Origin: an uncultured virus (IMG/VR IMGVR_UViG_3300025096_002805)
Lineage: Duplodnaviria > Heunggongvirae > Uroviricota > Caudoviricetes
Virus record (IMG/VR): IMGVR_UViG_3300025096_002805
DNA: 64,000 bases
Strand: one strand, 5' to 3'
The first letter of the stretch is position 1; the number at the start of each line of letters is the position of its first letter. A program made the translations under genes and the position numbers. Below the pieces are notes generated by a model. It was given only the letters and a program-made list of their open reading frames with translations. It ran no database searches and had not been told where the DNA came from. This document shows, one piece after another, positions 28,376-38,432 of this stretch.

Positions 28376-28702
28376 TTAGCCTTCTTTTTTGCCGCCATCT
28401 ACTCTTTTGAATTTTTTAAAAATCTTATCAGCTAGAAGTCTGTTAGTTCTTTCTTCAAGGTTATCAATTTCCTTTTCCTCTTTTTGAAGTCTGTTTAAGA
28501 TGAACTGCATTTCAAGGTTAAGTTGATGGTAAATGTCCTCTTTGTTTGGATGCCAGTCGGGATATTCCCCTGTATTGTTCATTAGTTGAATAACTTTGTC
28601 CATCTGGACTTCCCAAAAAGCAACACTATCTTCAATCATGTCGTGACTCTCTTGAAGTTGTTCTCTGACAGTCTTTTGAGGTTGTTGGTTTTTTTTATTC
28701 AT
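28376..28702 (-). CDS. Hypothetical coiled-coil protein
   Basis: ORF in an operon. Confidence 0.65.
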   Translation of the reverse strand: MNKKNQQPQKTVREQLQESHDMIEDSVAFWEVQMDKVIQLMNNTGEYPDWHPNKEDIYHQLNLEMQFILNRLQKEEKEIDNLEERTNRLLADKIFKKFKRVDGGKKEG

Positions 28703-28863
28703 TTAAAAGTTTTTTTAAAGCCTTGAGGTGAAAGACAACGAAAGAGTCTCCTATTGTCCTCTCTCCTTGGCCGCTACACAACCAATAATCGTTTAAGTTT
28801 TTATCATCTTTCTTCGCCGCAAGAATAATCTCGTCAATCAAATTATTTGCCGTTTCCATGTTA

Positions 28864-30226
28864 TTATTTGGCATTTTTTCTTTAGCAATTTCTTCTGCTA
28901 TCACTTTTCTTCCGGCATCGCTATCAAAGTTAATCTGATTCCTTCTCTCGGCTATCGAGGCTAGAATCCTTTCGTAGTAAATTACACTATCGTGATGGTT
29001 ATTTGGCATTTTTTCCTTCGCATCTGTTAAATTATTTGGCATTTTTTTATTCACATTTGTTCTACCTACGACTTCGCTCATCAAAGGCCAAGGTTGACTA
29101 GGCATCTATGTCCTCTCCATGTATAGAAATTTTAAATCTTTTTATATTGTATTCCATGTCGTTTACCCTTTCTTTTATCGTTTCTGCTAGGTGTTGTAGT
29201 TCGCGCAAACATGATAACACATCATCTTGAAATTGGTTAGGGTTGGCTTCTTCCTCTTCGCCTTCTACCTCTGTTACGACATTATTTGGCATTTTTTAAT
29301 TAGTAATTACGCTAACGCCTCTCTGTTGAACTGTTTCGGAGGCTTTTTTATTTGCGTACCTGACTGCTTCATCTATATTATTTGTCTCAAGTTGCTTGGA
29401 AACTAAAGCGGCAAGGAATGAGTCTCCCGCTCCCGACAAATCAAATACATCTACTTTTTCGGCGGGATAATAGTTGAAGCCTTTCTCTTTCATAATCATA
29501 CAACCTTGGTCGCCAAGCGTAACGATTAGTTTGTTAATCCACCCTTGGCAGTCAATCCTAGTTTTGATGGCTTCAAATTCTGGGCTGTTGATTTTAATAA
29601 AAGCTACATCCTTGCACCAAGTTCCTATGCATTTTTTTGTGTCCAGAAATGTATTCGTGTTATTTTTACAAAATTTCTCAATATCTGATTCAGAGAGAAA
29701 ACCTTTCCCATAGTCGCTAATTACTACAGCGTCATAATCTCTTATCTCTCTCTCGCTTATGATGCTATTATCAAGGGGAGCTATCTTACCCTCCCCTTCA
29801 TCAACTCTCAAGAAAGTATAATTAAGTTTAGAGTCAATATACCTAGTCTTTTTTATTACTTCTTGTTGTTGGATAAGATCTACATTAAACCCAAGAGACT
29901 CAAGATTTCTGGCTGTATTACCTGCCATGCCGGGAGTATTAACTGAGTCTTTTGGGGTAAAAACTGGAGCTGGCACATCTGGGCAAAGACGAGAGGCTCT
30001 GCCGTATATGAAAATATCGTCACAGCTTTCTCCTATTACTAATACTCTTTTATTTGGCATTTTCTTGTTCGTATTTTTCGTATTCTTCCACAACGGCGCG
30101 ACCCTCTTCTTTTGTTATACCAAATTTATGCCAATATTCCTCATACAAATCGTCATGAATATCCCCCCAACACTCAAGGACTCTCATTAGAAGTAACTTC
30201 CAGTCTATGTCGTTATTTGGCATTTT
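28864..30226. repeat. Six copies of TTATTTGGCATTTT
   Basis: Copies start at 28864, 28999, 29032, 29282, 30050 and 30213. Confidence 0.85.
29296..30060 (-). CDS. PfkB kinase, HldE/RfaE domain I-like (heptose-7-P kinase)
   Basis: RLCPDVPAPV, VISDYGKG, DLSGAGDSF. Confidence 0.85.
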   Translation of the reverse strand: MPNKRVLVIGESCDDIFIYGRASRLCPDVPAPVFTPKDSVNTPGMAGNTARNLESLGFNVDLIQQQEVIKKTRYIDSKLNYTFLRVDEGEGKIAPLDNSIISEREIRDYDAVVISDYGKGFLSESDIEKFCKNNTNTFLDTKKCIGTWCKDVAFIKINSPEFEAIKTRIDCQGWINKLIVTLGDQGCMIMKEKGFNYYPAEKVDVFDLSGAGDSFLAALVSKQLETNNIDEAVRYANKKASETVQQRGVSVITN

Positions 30227-30263
30227 CTTGTTCGCTTTTATCGCATATCGTCTTTGTGTCTTT

Positions 30264-30704
30264 TTATTGTAAATTTAATTGGCCAGTTATTTTATCAATT
30301 AGTCTTGTTGTTGATTTTCCTTTCGTAAGGCTTAGTAGCTTAACTGTCCCTCCGTTCTTTTCTACTGTAAGCCGCTCTCTTGTAGCCACAGGGCATTTCT
30401 TTTCCCAGTTACCAAGGTAGTCTCCGCCTTTTACATAAATATCTGGTTTTGTTGATTCTAAAAAATTACAAGCATCTGTTTCATCAAATATTCGAACCTC
30501 ATCTACCCATCTTATAGCTTCAAGAACAGCTTTCCTGTCTTTTTCATTATTTATGGGGCGAGTAGAGCCTTTTAACTCTCTGACTGATCGGTCACTGTTG
30601 CATCCAACAATAAGGTAGTCTCCAAGTTCTCTGGCTTCTCGCAAAAAAGAAACATGGCCAGCATGAATCAAGTCAAAACACCCGTTTGTTGCTATTGTTG
30701 TCAT
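30264..30704 (-). CDS. Heptose-1-P adenylyltransferase, HldE/RfaE domain II-like
   Basis: TNGCFDLIHAGH, NSDRSV, VKGGDY, STT. Confidence 0.9.
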   Translation of the reverse strand: MTTIATNGCFDLIHAGHVSFLREARELGDYLIVGCNSDRSVRELKGSTRPINNEKDRKAVLEAIRWVDEVRIFDETDACNFLESTKPDIYVKGGDYLGNWEKKCPVATRERLTVEKNGGTVKLLSLTKGKSTTRLIDKITGQLNLQ

Positions 30705-31063
30705 TTCTTTTTTCCTCCGTAATATTCTGTTGCGTGACCTTCTTTTACTAAGGTTTGATTATAGCTTGTCCCAGCACCAGACAGATTGAAAAGCTCCCCA
30801 AGTAGCCTGCCGTACTTGCCCTTCTTATCGATAGAAGTCTCTACAATAAATTCATTCTTCCCTTCCTTAATTAATTCCTTCAATCGAGCTTTAGCTGCGA
30901 GACCCCTTTTCTTCTCTGCTTTGTCTCTTGTGCGGCTCTCTGGTGCGTCTATGCCATACAGTCTAATGCGCTCCTTCTTGAAGGTACTGAACCCGCAATC
31001 AATTAGTGCGTCTACTGTGTCTCCGTCTACTACTCTTATTAATTTTGCTTTGTATTGATACAT
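30701..31063 (-). CDS. Thermonuclease (SNase) family
   Basis: VVDGDT, IRLYGIDAPE, GKYGRLL. Confidence 0.9.
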   Translation of the reverse strand: MYQYKAKLIRVVDGDTVDALIDCGFSTFKKERIRLYGIDAPESRTRDKAEKKRGLAAKARLKELIKEGKNEFIVETSIDKKGKYGRLLGELFNLSGAGTSYNQTLVKEGHATEYYGGKKK

Positions 31064-32028
31064 TGTAAAATACTTAACTCTGGTTTTTTGGTTAGTCTTA
31101 TAGTGCTTGCCCATCCTCCTTCGTTGCGTTTTTTAAGAACATCTTTATTAAAATGTTTTTGTATTATGTCGCCGCTAAATGCATTATGATTATCCTCACC
31201 ATGTAATTCCATTAAAATAATGCCAACTTTATTTAAAATAACCTCAAGATTAGGCTCTTTCAACAAGAAGGACTCTGCTCCTTCTATATCTACCTTCAGT
31301 AAGTCTATGTAGTCTATATCGTGACTGTTTATTATTTCTGGTAAATTTATTGTTTTTTTCTTAACTGACTCTTCGTAATCAGGCGTCCATGAGCTACCTT
31401 TCGGCTGGGAGATGCAGTTTGTGCCAGAATGGTTAAGAGGAGCTAAATGAAAGATTATATCTTGGTCGTTCGTGTCATGGAAGACTTTATTGATGAGCTT
31501 TATTTTGTGTTTATTTTTCTTGTTTATAATTGGTCCCATTGATGCTATCCTATCGTCCGCTTCAACTGCTATATATTTTTGAGCCTTATCGGAGCTAAAC
31601 AAAGCGAACCAACCACAATTAAAGCCAAGATCTACTATAGTATTTAGTTCGGGGATCTGATCTGCTCTACCGTACTCTTCGTGTAGGAATATCGGATTAT
31701 AGTCTCCTTCGACTTTGTTTATTTCTTTTAGTTCTGAGACAGAAAAATAATTAGATAACGACCATACTTTATCTCCTTGTATTAAGATTTCTGATATGCT
31801 CTTTTTATCTTTTTCAAGAATAAGTTTTAAATAGGGATAGCTTAAAAAATCAGAATGACGTACAAAATGAACATACTCGTTTGACATTGACTTAAAGGTA
31901 GCGTCGTATATAGGAGTAGCCTCCTCCGCAGGAGAATAGAGGCCTTTAACGCGAACTACAACGCCTTCTAGTGGTTCCTCTACAGAGAATCTGATAACCT
32001 CTTTTGATATGCTTTTGAACATTATCAT
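31039..32028 (-). CDS. FkbM-family methyltransferase
   Basis: VDLGFNCG, LLKVDIEGAE. Confidence 0.85.
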   Translation of the reverse strand: MIMFKSISKEVIRFSVEEPLEGVVVRVKGLYSPAEEATPIYDATFKSMSNEYVHFVRHSDFLSYPYLKLILEKDKKSISEILIQGDKVWSLSNYFSVSELKEINKVEGDYNPIFLHEEYGRADQIPELNTIVDLGFNCGWFALFSSDKAQKYIAVEADDRIASMGPIINKKNKHKIKLINKVFHDTNDQDIIFHLAPLNHSGTNCISQPKGSSWTPDYEESVKKKTINLPEIINSHDIDYIDLLKVDIEGAESFLLKEPNLEVILNKVGIILMELHGEDNHNAFSGDIIQKHFNKDVLKKRNEGGWASTIRLTKKPELSILQCINTKQN

Positions 32029-32031
32029 AAT

Positions 32032-33687
32032 CTATTTATAAACATAGTAATCCTCTAACACTACTGCGTCGAGTTCTGTAGAATCTAGCACCTTAGTGGC
32101 CTCTAGATATCTTGTCAGTATAGATCTGCCTCTACTGTTAAAGGAGGTGTTTACTAATACGGGTATATTTGTTATTTTTTCAAATTCGTTTAGTATCTCG
32201 TAAACGAATCCATTTTGGTCAGCCGAAAGTGTTTGTAGTCTAGATGTGCCGTCAATGTGGGTAACAGCAGGGAGCAGATTCCTGAATTCTTTTCTTACGG
32301 GAGGACTGTACGACATATACTTATAGTTTACGTTGCTAGAAGTCTCGAAATATGTGGAAGCTGACTCCTCCTTGCATATTGGGGCAAAGGGCCTGTACCA
32401 CTCCCTAAATTTAACCTTTTTATTGATAATATCTTTAGCTTGGTGGCTTCTTGGGTCAGCTAGTATACTTCTATTACCTAAAGCTCTTGGGCCAGTCTCA
32501 CTATTGCCACGGCAAATTCCGATAATCTTACCTTTTTCTAGCTCTTTTGCTATAAGTTGTGGTGTTGCTTTTTCCCAAGGCCTATGATCTAGTATATAAG
32601 GCAAGGTTTCTTTATCTAGAATCTCGCATCCAGTATACATAAGTTCTGGAGCAACTTCCTTTTTGAGGTAGTTAGCTATCATGCCATAAGACAGGCCGCT
32701 GTCACCCGGGGAACAGGGAACAAAGAAATTAGTATTTGGATGAGTTTTGCTTAGCTTTTCGTTTAGCAATACGTTTAGTGCTCCACCACCTGTAATGCAG
32801 ACATTTTTATGCTTTTTCTCGTCGAAAAATTTATAAAAACGTTTTAAAGTGCACTGCTCAAAGGCGAGTTGGGCGCAAAAAGCAAGATCGTAGGACTCTT
32901 TGCCCTGAAATTCGTCCACCTTGAGGTCCCCGAAGTTCTCCAAAAAATCAAGGTTCACTTCGTATGGATCTGACTCAAAATACGGCAAAATACGTCTCAT
33001 ATAATCCTCGCTTAACGAACCATAAGCAGATAAACCCATAACTTTACCTGCATTAGTAAGGTTAGATAGTAAAGGTCCGGGAGCTTTTTTGATTTCGGAA
33101 ATGAATCGTCCAAGGCTGGCGTACTTTGTAGGGAATGGTGTTAAATCATACTCGTTTATTTGATTAAGGTTTGGGTTTTCCTTACTCATTTCATAAACAC
33201 AAAATGAACCATCGTTACCGCTTCCATCATGACTAACAACTAAAGCCTCATCAAATCCACTGGAGTAAAAAGCTCCTGCTGCGTGAGCTCTGTGGTGCCA
33301 ACATAAGTCACCTTTGGACCCTTTAAGTTTCATTTTCTCAACGAACTCTTCGGAGTAGCTGCCATCTTGCACGTGAACTTCTTTAATGTCAAAAAAGTCA
33401 ACCATACATTTAGTAAGTTCTTCTGGCGTATACCACTCAAATAGCCCTACATCGAAACTAGGACGAAAGACCCCTCTTGACTCCAACAATTTCTTAAGGT
33501 AAATGCATATTTCTCCATACAGGCTCGTTTGGTCTTCAGCATCAATCGTCAGCATAAGATGGTTCAAGCGAAAGTGTCTGTTACCGAAGATTCTTTCGAG
33601 TTCTATGGTATAGAGGTTGCCGTCTACATAAACGGAGAGGTTCGCGTCATGCGCTCCACAAAAAAAACTAAAAATAGACTTATGCAT
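32032..33687 (-). CDS. Carbamoyltransferase (NodU/CmcH family)
   Basis: HDA, ELER, HHRAHA, GKVMGL, GPRALGNRS, LVNTSFN. Confidence 0.92.
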   Translation of the reverse strand: MHKSIFSFFCGAHDANLSVYVDGNLYTIELERIFGNRHFRLNHLMLTIDAEDQTSLYGEICIYLKKLLESRGVFRPSFDVGLFEWYTPEELTKCMVDFFDIKEVHVQDGSYSEEFVEKMKLKGSKGDLCWHHRAHAAGAFYSSGFDEALVVSHDGSGNDGSFCVYEMSKENPNLNQINEYDLTPFPTKYASLGRFISEIKKAPGPLLSNLTNAGKVMGLSAYGSLSEDYMRRILPYFESDPYEVNLDFLENFGDLKVDEFQGKESYDLAFCAQLAFEQCTLKRFYKFFDEKKHKNVCITGGGALNVLLNEKLSKTHPNTNFFVPCSPGDSGLSYGMIANYLKKEVAPELMYTGCEILDKETLPYILDHRPWEKATPQLIAKELEKGKIIGICRGNSETGPRALGNRSILADPRSHQAKDIINKKVKFREWYRPFAPICKEESASTYFETSSNVNYKYMSYSPPVRKEFRNLLPAVTHIDGTSRLQTLSADQNGFVYEILNEFEKITNIPVLVNTSFNSRGRSILTRYLEATKVLDSTELDAVVLEDYYVYK

Positions 33688-34045
33688 AGACCCTCACTTT
33701 CAAAACATCTGTTATATCTGCTACGAGTAAGTTGGTATAGTATCGCCAGCCGCCATCGAGAACAATAGCATAAATGTCCTGAGCGAACGCAAGGTCTTTG
33801 GCTAAATAAACGAATCTCGCCTTATCTATATCGACTTCCGCAGACTGATTCAAGGGAGTGTTTATTCTAATCCAGCCATTTCCGTTGTCGGATAAGTAGG
33901 GATCTGCAAACAGATTTAATTTATCGTAGGTAAGGATAAGGTCTCCTTTTACTGTGTTCATTTCAGCAATCAAAGTAGACAGTCCTTCTTTTGTTTTGAG
34001 TTTACTAAAGGTATCTTTAGTTGGAAGCTCTATTGTTTTATGCAT
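33680..34045 (-). CDS. Hypothetical protein
   Basis: ORF in an operon. Confidence 0.6.
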   Translation of the reverse strand: MHKTIELPTKDTFSKLKTKEGLSTLIAEMNTVKGDLILTYDKLNLFADPYLSDNGNGWIRINTPLNQSAEVDIDKARFVYLAKDLAFAQDIYAIVLDGGWRYYTNLLVADITDVLKVRVYA

Positions 34046-34986
34046 TCTAGTATTTTCTCCTTTACCATGTCGAACGATATCCTCCTTCGGCATTCAAACT
34101 TTTTGTTTCTTGGGCAGTAAGACCAGTTCTGAGTTATTTCATCAAAGGAATTTAAATCTTCATCATTTAAACAGCCGTGACAAACCGACTCGTTCTGAGC
34201 CCTAAAGCAATCAAACTCGTTTTCCTTATGGGTAGAGCCACTAACCATAACGACCTTCTTTCCTAGAGCCCAAGCAAGCCAACTAAGGCCAGAGCTGAGA
34301 CCAATAAAGAATTCGCAGTTTATTAGTTGTTTTACCCTCTTTGCTATCGGAAAACGACCAGTCTCATTAATAGCTTTTTTAGGCATAAAGTTGAAATCAT
34401 TTGGTACGCCCCATGATGATTCTGCGTCTATACATAAAACTTTATACCCTTTAGTTTTTAGAAACCTGACTACTTTGTCCCACCCCTGCTCGTGCCACAG
34501 CTTGCATTTGCTTGTACTTTGTACTGAGATGCAGACATACTTAGACTTTGGGACCGTATACCCCTCAGACCCCTTAATAGAAATTGTTGGTGTTATTGGC
34601 TTATAGGGCAAGTGTAATTGGTCGCATATCTGTTTCTGAATATTAACTTTTTTATTTAAAAAAAAGTTTACCTTTTTCAGGTCATCTATTTGGCCTAGGT
34701 TAGCTTTAACTATTTGGTCTCTCCAATTGACGTTAAATTCTCCGTCTGGCCCTTTACCTAGAAGCTCTGGTAGTCCGTTTGGGTGGCTTTCTTTGGTTAC
34801 GTGAAACTGATGTATGGTTTGGCAAGGAAGAAACCTAACTTTATCCTCAATATCTTCGAACAGTTCTGCCCATCTTGTTTTTATGAATAATTTTTTACCT
34901 GTAAGCTTGTGGTATTCGTAGCAATAAGGCGACCACGCTATGTTGTCGCCTAATGATTGAGAAACAAATTCTATAATCTCTGCCAT
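34030..34986 (-). CDS. Aah/TibC-like protein O-heptosyltransferase (GT9-like, Cys cluster)
   Basis: SLGDNIAW, FIGLSSGLSWLAW, CHGC...CPR...FEC. Confidence 0.8.
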   Translation of the reverse strand: MAEIIEFVSQSLGDNIAWSPYCYEYHKLTGKKLFIKTRWAELFEDIEDKVRFLPCQTIHQFHVTKESHPNGLPELLGKGPDGEFNVNWRDQIVKANLGQIDDLKKVNFFLNKKVNIQKQICDQLHLPYKPITPTISIKGSEGYTVPKSKYVCISVQSTSKCKLWHEQGWDKVVRFLKTKGYKVLCIDAESSWGVPNDFNFMPKKAINETGRFPIAKRVKQLINCEFFIGLSSGLSWLAWALGKKVVMVSGSTHKENEFDCFRAQNESVCHGCLNDEDLNSFDEITQNWSYCPRNKKFECRRRISFDMVKEKILECIKQ

Positions 34987-34987
34987 T

Positions 34988-35587
34988 TTACTTAAAGTGA
35001 GGCCCAAAAACCCAACCCCGTAGGCAGTACTTTTCCCCTTTAGTAACGGGGGTGACTCCGTTTAGCATCCAAGAAGGGAAAAACACGCTTGCTCCAATTT
35101 CTTTTTGTGCGTAACATGGTGTCCCGTAATTATGAATCAAATGATCTCCCCCTTCGTAATCTTCCTCTTTACTAAGTGAGACATAAAAGCTTATTTTTCT
35201 GTATTGTTTGAAGTTGGGGTTGAAGTTATCTCCTATATCTATTCTTGGCGCGTCCGAGTCTCTGGTCTCTCCGGAATATTTAACTAATTCAAGACCCTCT
35301 GAGAAACCAGTGATGTTAAAGTCCCAAGAACTATTTGCTTCCATTGCATAAGAAGAGAGCTTCTCGTACAACCAAAGATTATCTGGAGAAAAGTCTATGC
35401 GGGTAGATTGGTTGTGTTTATCTTGGTTGGTATGCTCTTGACCGGATAGGCTTAAGGAGCTAGAGTGATCTCTTATGACTTTGAGGCATTCATCCTCAGA
35501 AAGCCCTTTGGGAAAGAAATAATAGTCATTAAGCCTTAGCTCATCGCCGAGCTTATCTAATTTGTTTATGTCGCATAAGTAATACAT
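34988..35587 (-). CDS. 2OG-Fe(II) oxygenase-like protein
   Basis: RKIS..DYEGG..FPSW..VTPVTKG; the His ligands appear substituted (RID, NGV). Confidence 0.7.
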   Translation of the reverse strand: MYYLCDINKLDKLGDELRLNDYYFFPKGLSEDECLKVIRDHSSSLSLSGQEHTNQDKHNQSTRIDFSPDNLWLYEKLSSYAMEANSSWDFNITGFSEGLELVKYSGETRDSDAPRIDIGDNFNPNFKQYRKISFYVSLSKEEDYEGGDHLIHNYGTPCYAQKEIGASVFFPSWMLNGVTPVTKGEKYCLRGWVFGPHFK

Positions 35588-35787
35588 TATTCTTTTTCTG
35601 CTAGTTTTGCTACATCTTTAGCAAGCTCATTGGTAATTCTTTCATGATTCTTTTCTATTGCGTCCTTTTTCCATAGAGGTAGCCCATCGTATAGCTTTTC
35701 ATAGGCTGCTTGATATCTTCTTGCAAGCTCTGAGTTTTTTTTCTTTCTTGGCATATAAGATTATTATAGCAAAACCTTAATGAAAGG

Positions 35788-36831
35788 TCAATTATAATCG
35801 TTCATTGTCTTTTCATATTGTATCCAATTATCCTCGCAGTTCCAGTTTCCGTCTTCGTCTAGTGTTGGTCTACTAAAGTCTAATTTGGCTTTGTCTGTTG
35901 CGCTAAAGCCATGGACTTTTTGATAACTGTCTTCTTTTTTAGAGGTAATATCAGGTTTTGTTATGTTGACGGGTCCTTTCGCCATCTTCACCGAAGCGGT
36001 TTCAGCTCCTTTTTTGTTCAAAAAACACGTATCGAACGTATCTTTCCCTGTCCAATTTCCGTCGTCATGCTGCTCGTCTGATCCACCTAGCCTGCCAACC
36101 GTATCGTACCAAGGTTCTGGTAAAATGACTTTTTCATTATATTTACCACCGTTCCAGTTAATGACCCCTTTTCTGTATATTCTTGAGAAGAAAAATCTCA
36201 GCTGTATATTTGGTCTTTGAAATAAATGATGGTTAATTATACTTTCTACTGGTTGCACGAAGCATTCGTCGTAGTATTTTCTTAATTTTAAGAAAGCGGA
36301 ACAATAATAATCCATCAAGTAAGGAGGCCCAAAAGCGACCCAGTTATTGAGGTTTACAGTGCGCACGGGACCATTTGGATAGACATGATGCCAGTAAGGT
36401 AAGCTTATGGAGTCGTGTTCTACGATTTCCATGTCTGGATATGAACTGGAGGTTTCGGCTCTTACTATGACATCGTAGTCTCCTTCTGACGCAAACAGGT
36501 TAGCTCTCCATATTTTATAGAGAGTTGAGTAAGGTCTTCCGTTCTTATGCGCAAAATCTATTGCATCGGTAAAATATTCAGGTGACTCTACGTATTCTTG
36601 GTTTATTGACGCAAAGCTCTTTAAGAAAGCACTTTGGTTTTCTACTTCTAGCTTTACTGGATTGTACGCCTTTTTAAAGGCTTCTATGGTGTCTCCTTCT
36701 TGGTATACGTTTTCTTCGTCCCATAAACTAGCGTAAACGTCTGCGTCATGCTTTTCTATAAGTTCCTGCCAATACCTTTGATTTTGTCTTATATAGTACG
36801 GTATGCCCGCAAAACATATTGCTACCTTCAT
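35788..36831 (-). CDS. Hypothetical protein, possible glycan-modifying enzyme
   Basis: MKVAICFAG...YDVIVRA; located in the glycosylation island. Confidence 0.55.
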   Translation of the reverse strand: MKVAICFAGIPYYIRQNQRYWQELIEKHDADVYASLWDEENVYQEGDTIEAFKKAYNPVKLEVENQSAFLKSFASINQEYVESPEYFTDAIDFAHKNGRPYSTLYKIWRANLFASEGDYDVIVRAETSSSYPDMEIVEHDSISLPYWHHVYPNGPVRTVNLNNWVAFGPPYLMDYYCSAFLKLRKYYDECFVQPVESIINHHLFQRPNIQLRFFFSRIYRKGVINWNGGKYNEKVILPEPWYDTVGRLGGSDEQHDDGNWTGKDTFDTCFLNKKGAETASVKMAKGPVNITKPDITSKKEDSYQKVHGFSATDKAKLDFSRPTLDEDGNWNCEDNWIQYEKTMNDYN

Positions 36832-36833
36832 AT

Positions 36834-38432
36834 TTATTTATAAAAGATATCCTTGATTTTCTCAAAAACAGTATTCGGATCTGGGTGACACAGTGGTTCA
36901 TCAAAAGACTCAAAGCAAAACTGGTCTTGCGTTGCAAAGCAGCCAAAATCAGTTTTTAGAGTCGCATTTTTAAAGAATTTTTCAGGGTCTACGCTGTAAG
37001 ATATATCGGAGCCGCAAAACCTAGTGCAACTGCCGGGGACATGAATACTCTTATACTTTTGAGATCCGTGCCTGTACGGCATAATAAACTCTGGGTGATA
37101 CTGAGCCCCTATTAAGACTATCCAAGTGTCCGTGGTTCCGGCTATGTGCAGCGGCGCTGTGTCTGTGGTTACGAGAACTTTACATTGGTTTATCATGTGG
37201 TATTGATCTTCTAATGAATTGTTAGTTGCCGTAAGATCTAGTACGCCTGAAAGGTCAACTTCTTCTGTGTGATTTGGGGTAAATTTATCTGGACACTCCC
37301 AGTTCGTGTTAGTTACCCAGTTGCTATCATTGTTATTTGGTTCGAATTTTGGACGTCCTGCGACGGCAACTTTTATACCACTCTCCTTTAGGAGTCTGAA
37401 TAGTTTGTTCCATTTGTCGAAACTCCAGAATCTTAAGGGGGAGGACGAGTTAACAGAGCACACCACATAGTCTTCAAGGTGGGAGTATTCTTTATTTTTT
37501 ATGGGGTTAGTTGGGTAATACCTCATGCTCTTTTCTTTGTTTGTCAAAGAGAAGCCAGCGAAATTAGCGGCCCTGCCTACATGATCATAGCAGGTATACT
37601 TAAACATAATATTAGTTTCCTTGGCTTCTTGAGGTTTTAGTATAAGCTGATCGTAGAGGTCTTCGTTCTCCGTCGGCGGCACTTTTCGTCCGTGGTATCC
37701 GTTGCTTGATTGAGAGAAAGCAGCTTTGGTATGTTGCTTATCGGAGTGATCTATTAACTCTTTGGTGTGTATAAATATTTTATCTACGTTAGGATGGTTG
37801 AAAAATACTTGAGGTCTTTTGGTTACAACCCAAACCTTTCTGCCTATAGCGTTTGAAATTTTTCTTATCGTCGGTTCAGCTAAGAAAACGTCTCCGATTC
37901 CCCCAGTATAAGCTAAGAATATAACAAAAGGCTTCTCCTTAAATTTGTTTTCTTTTAAATATTTAAAAAAGTTAGTGAAAATTAACTCCGCGCTTCCTTT
38001 TTTTAGACTAGTAGGGTATTTCCCGCTTTGTCTAAACTTCTTGAGTTCTTCTGAATTATAAAAGTTGCAAATGTGAGAATAGTTTACGTGAAATTGGTTT
38101 ATCATTAAAGGTGGGCACGTTTTGTTTACACATCCAACTTCCATCCTTATATACTGACTGTATAGAAAAGAGTCGTTTCCAATCCAGAAAGGGCCTGAGA
38201 TGTTACAGGTGTTTCCTCGGCTATCTTTATTCCATCCATCGAAGATACTCCTTTCGATTAGCTCGTTCTCTTCGTTAAAAAAAGAAATAGATAAAGGGAA
38301 CTCTGGTTCCCCGTTCAATTGCAAATGTATTGTGTTCTCTTTTAGCGGTGCGCCGTCTTGAAGTTCCACTTCCACTAGTTCCGAGTCCGGTGGGGTTTTT
38401 GCTTTTTCATAAAATGTTGGCTGATAGGTCAT
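36834..38432 (-). CDS. GT9-family glycosyltransferase with N-terminal extension
   Basis: GIGDV..AEPTIR, TTDTAPLHIAG. Confidence 0.8.
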   Translation of the reverse strand: MTYQPTFYEKAKTPPDSELVEVELQDGAPLKENTIHLQLNGEPEFPLSISFFNEENELIERSIFDGWNKDSRGNTCNISGPFWIGNDSFLYSQYIRMEVGCVNKTCPPLMINQFHVNYSHICNFYNSEELKKFRQSGKYPTSLKKGSAELIFTNFFKYLKENKFKEKPFVIFLAYTGGIGDVFLAEPTIRKISNAIGRKVWVVTKRPQVFFNHPNVDKIFIHTKELIDHSDKQHTKAAFSQSSNGYHGRKVPPTENEDLYDQLILKPQEAKETNIMFKYTCYDHVGRAANFAGFSLTNKEKSMRYYPTNPIKNKEYSHLEDYVVCSVNSSSPLRFWSFDKWNKLFRLLKESGIKVAVAGRPKFEPNNNDSNWVTNTNWECPDKFTPNHTEEVDLSGVLDLTATNNSLEDQYHMINQCKVLVTTDTAPLHIAGTTDTWIVLIGAQYHPEFIMPYRHGSQKYKSIHVPGSCTRFCGSDISYSVDPEKFFKNATLKTDFGCFATQDQFCFESFDEPLCHPDPNTVFEKIKDIFYK

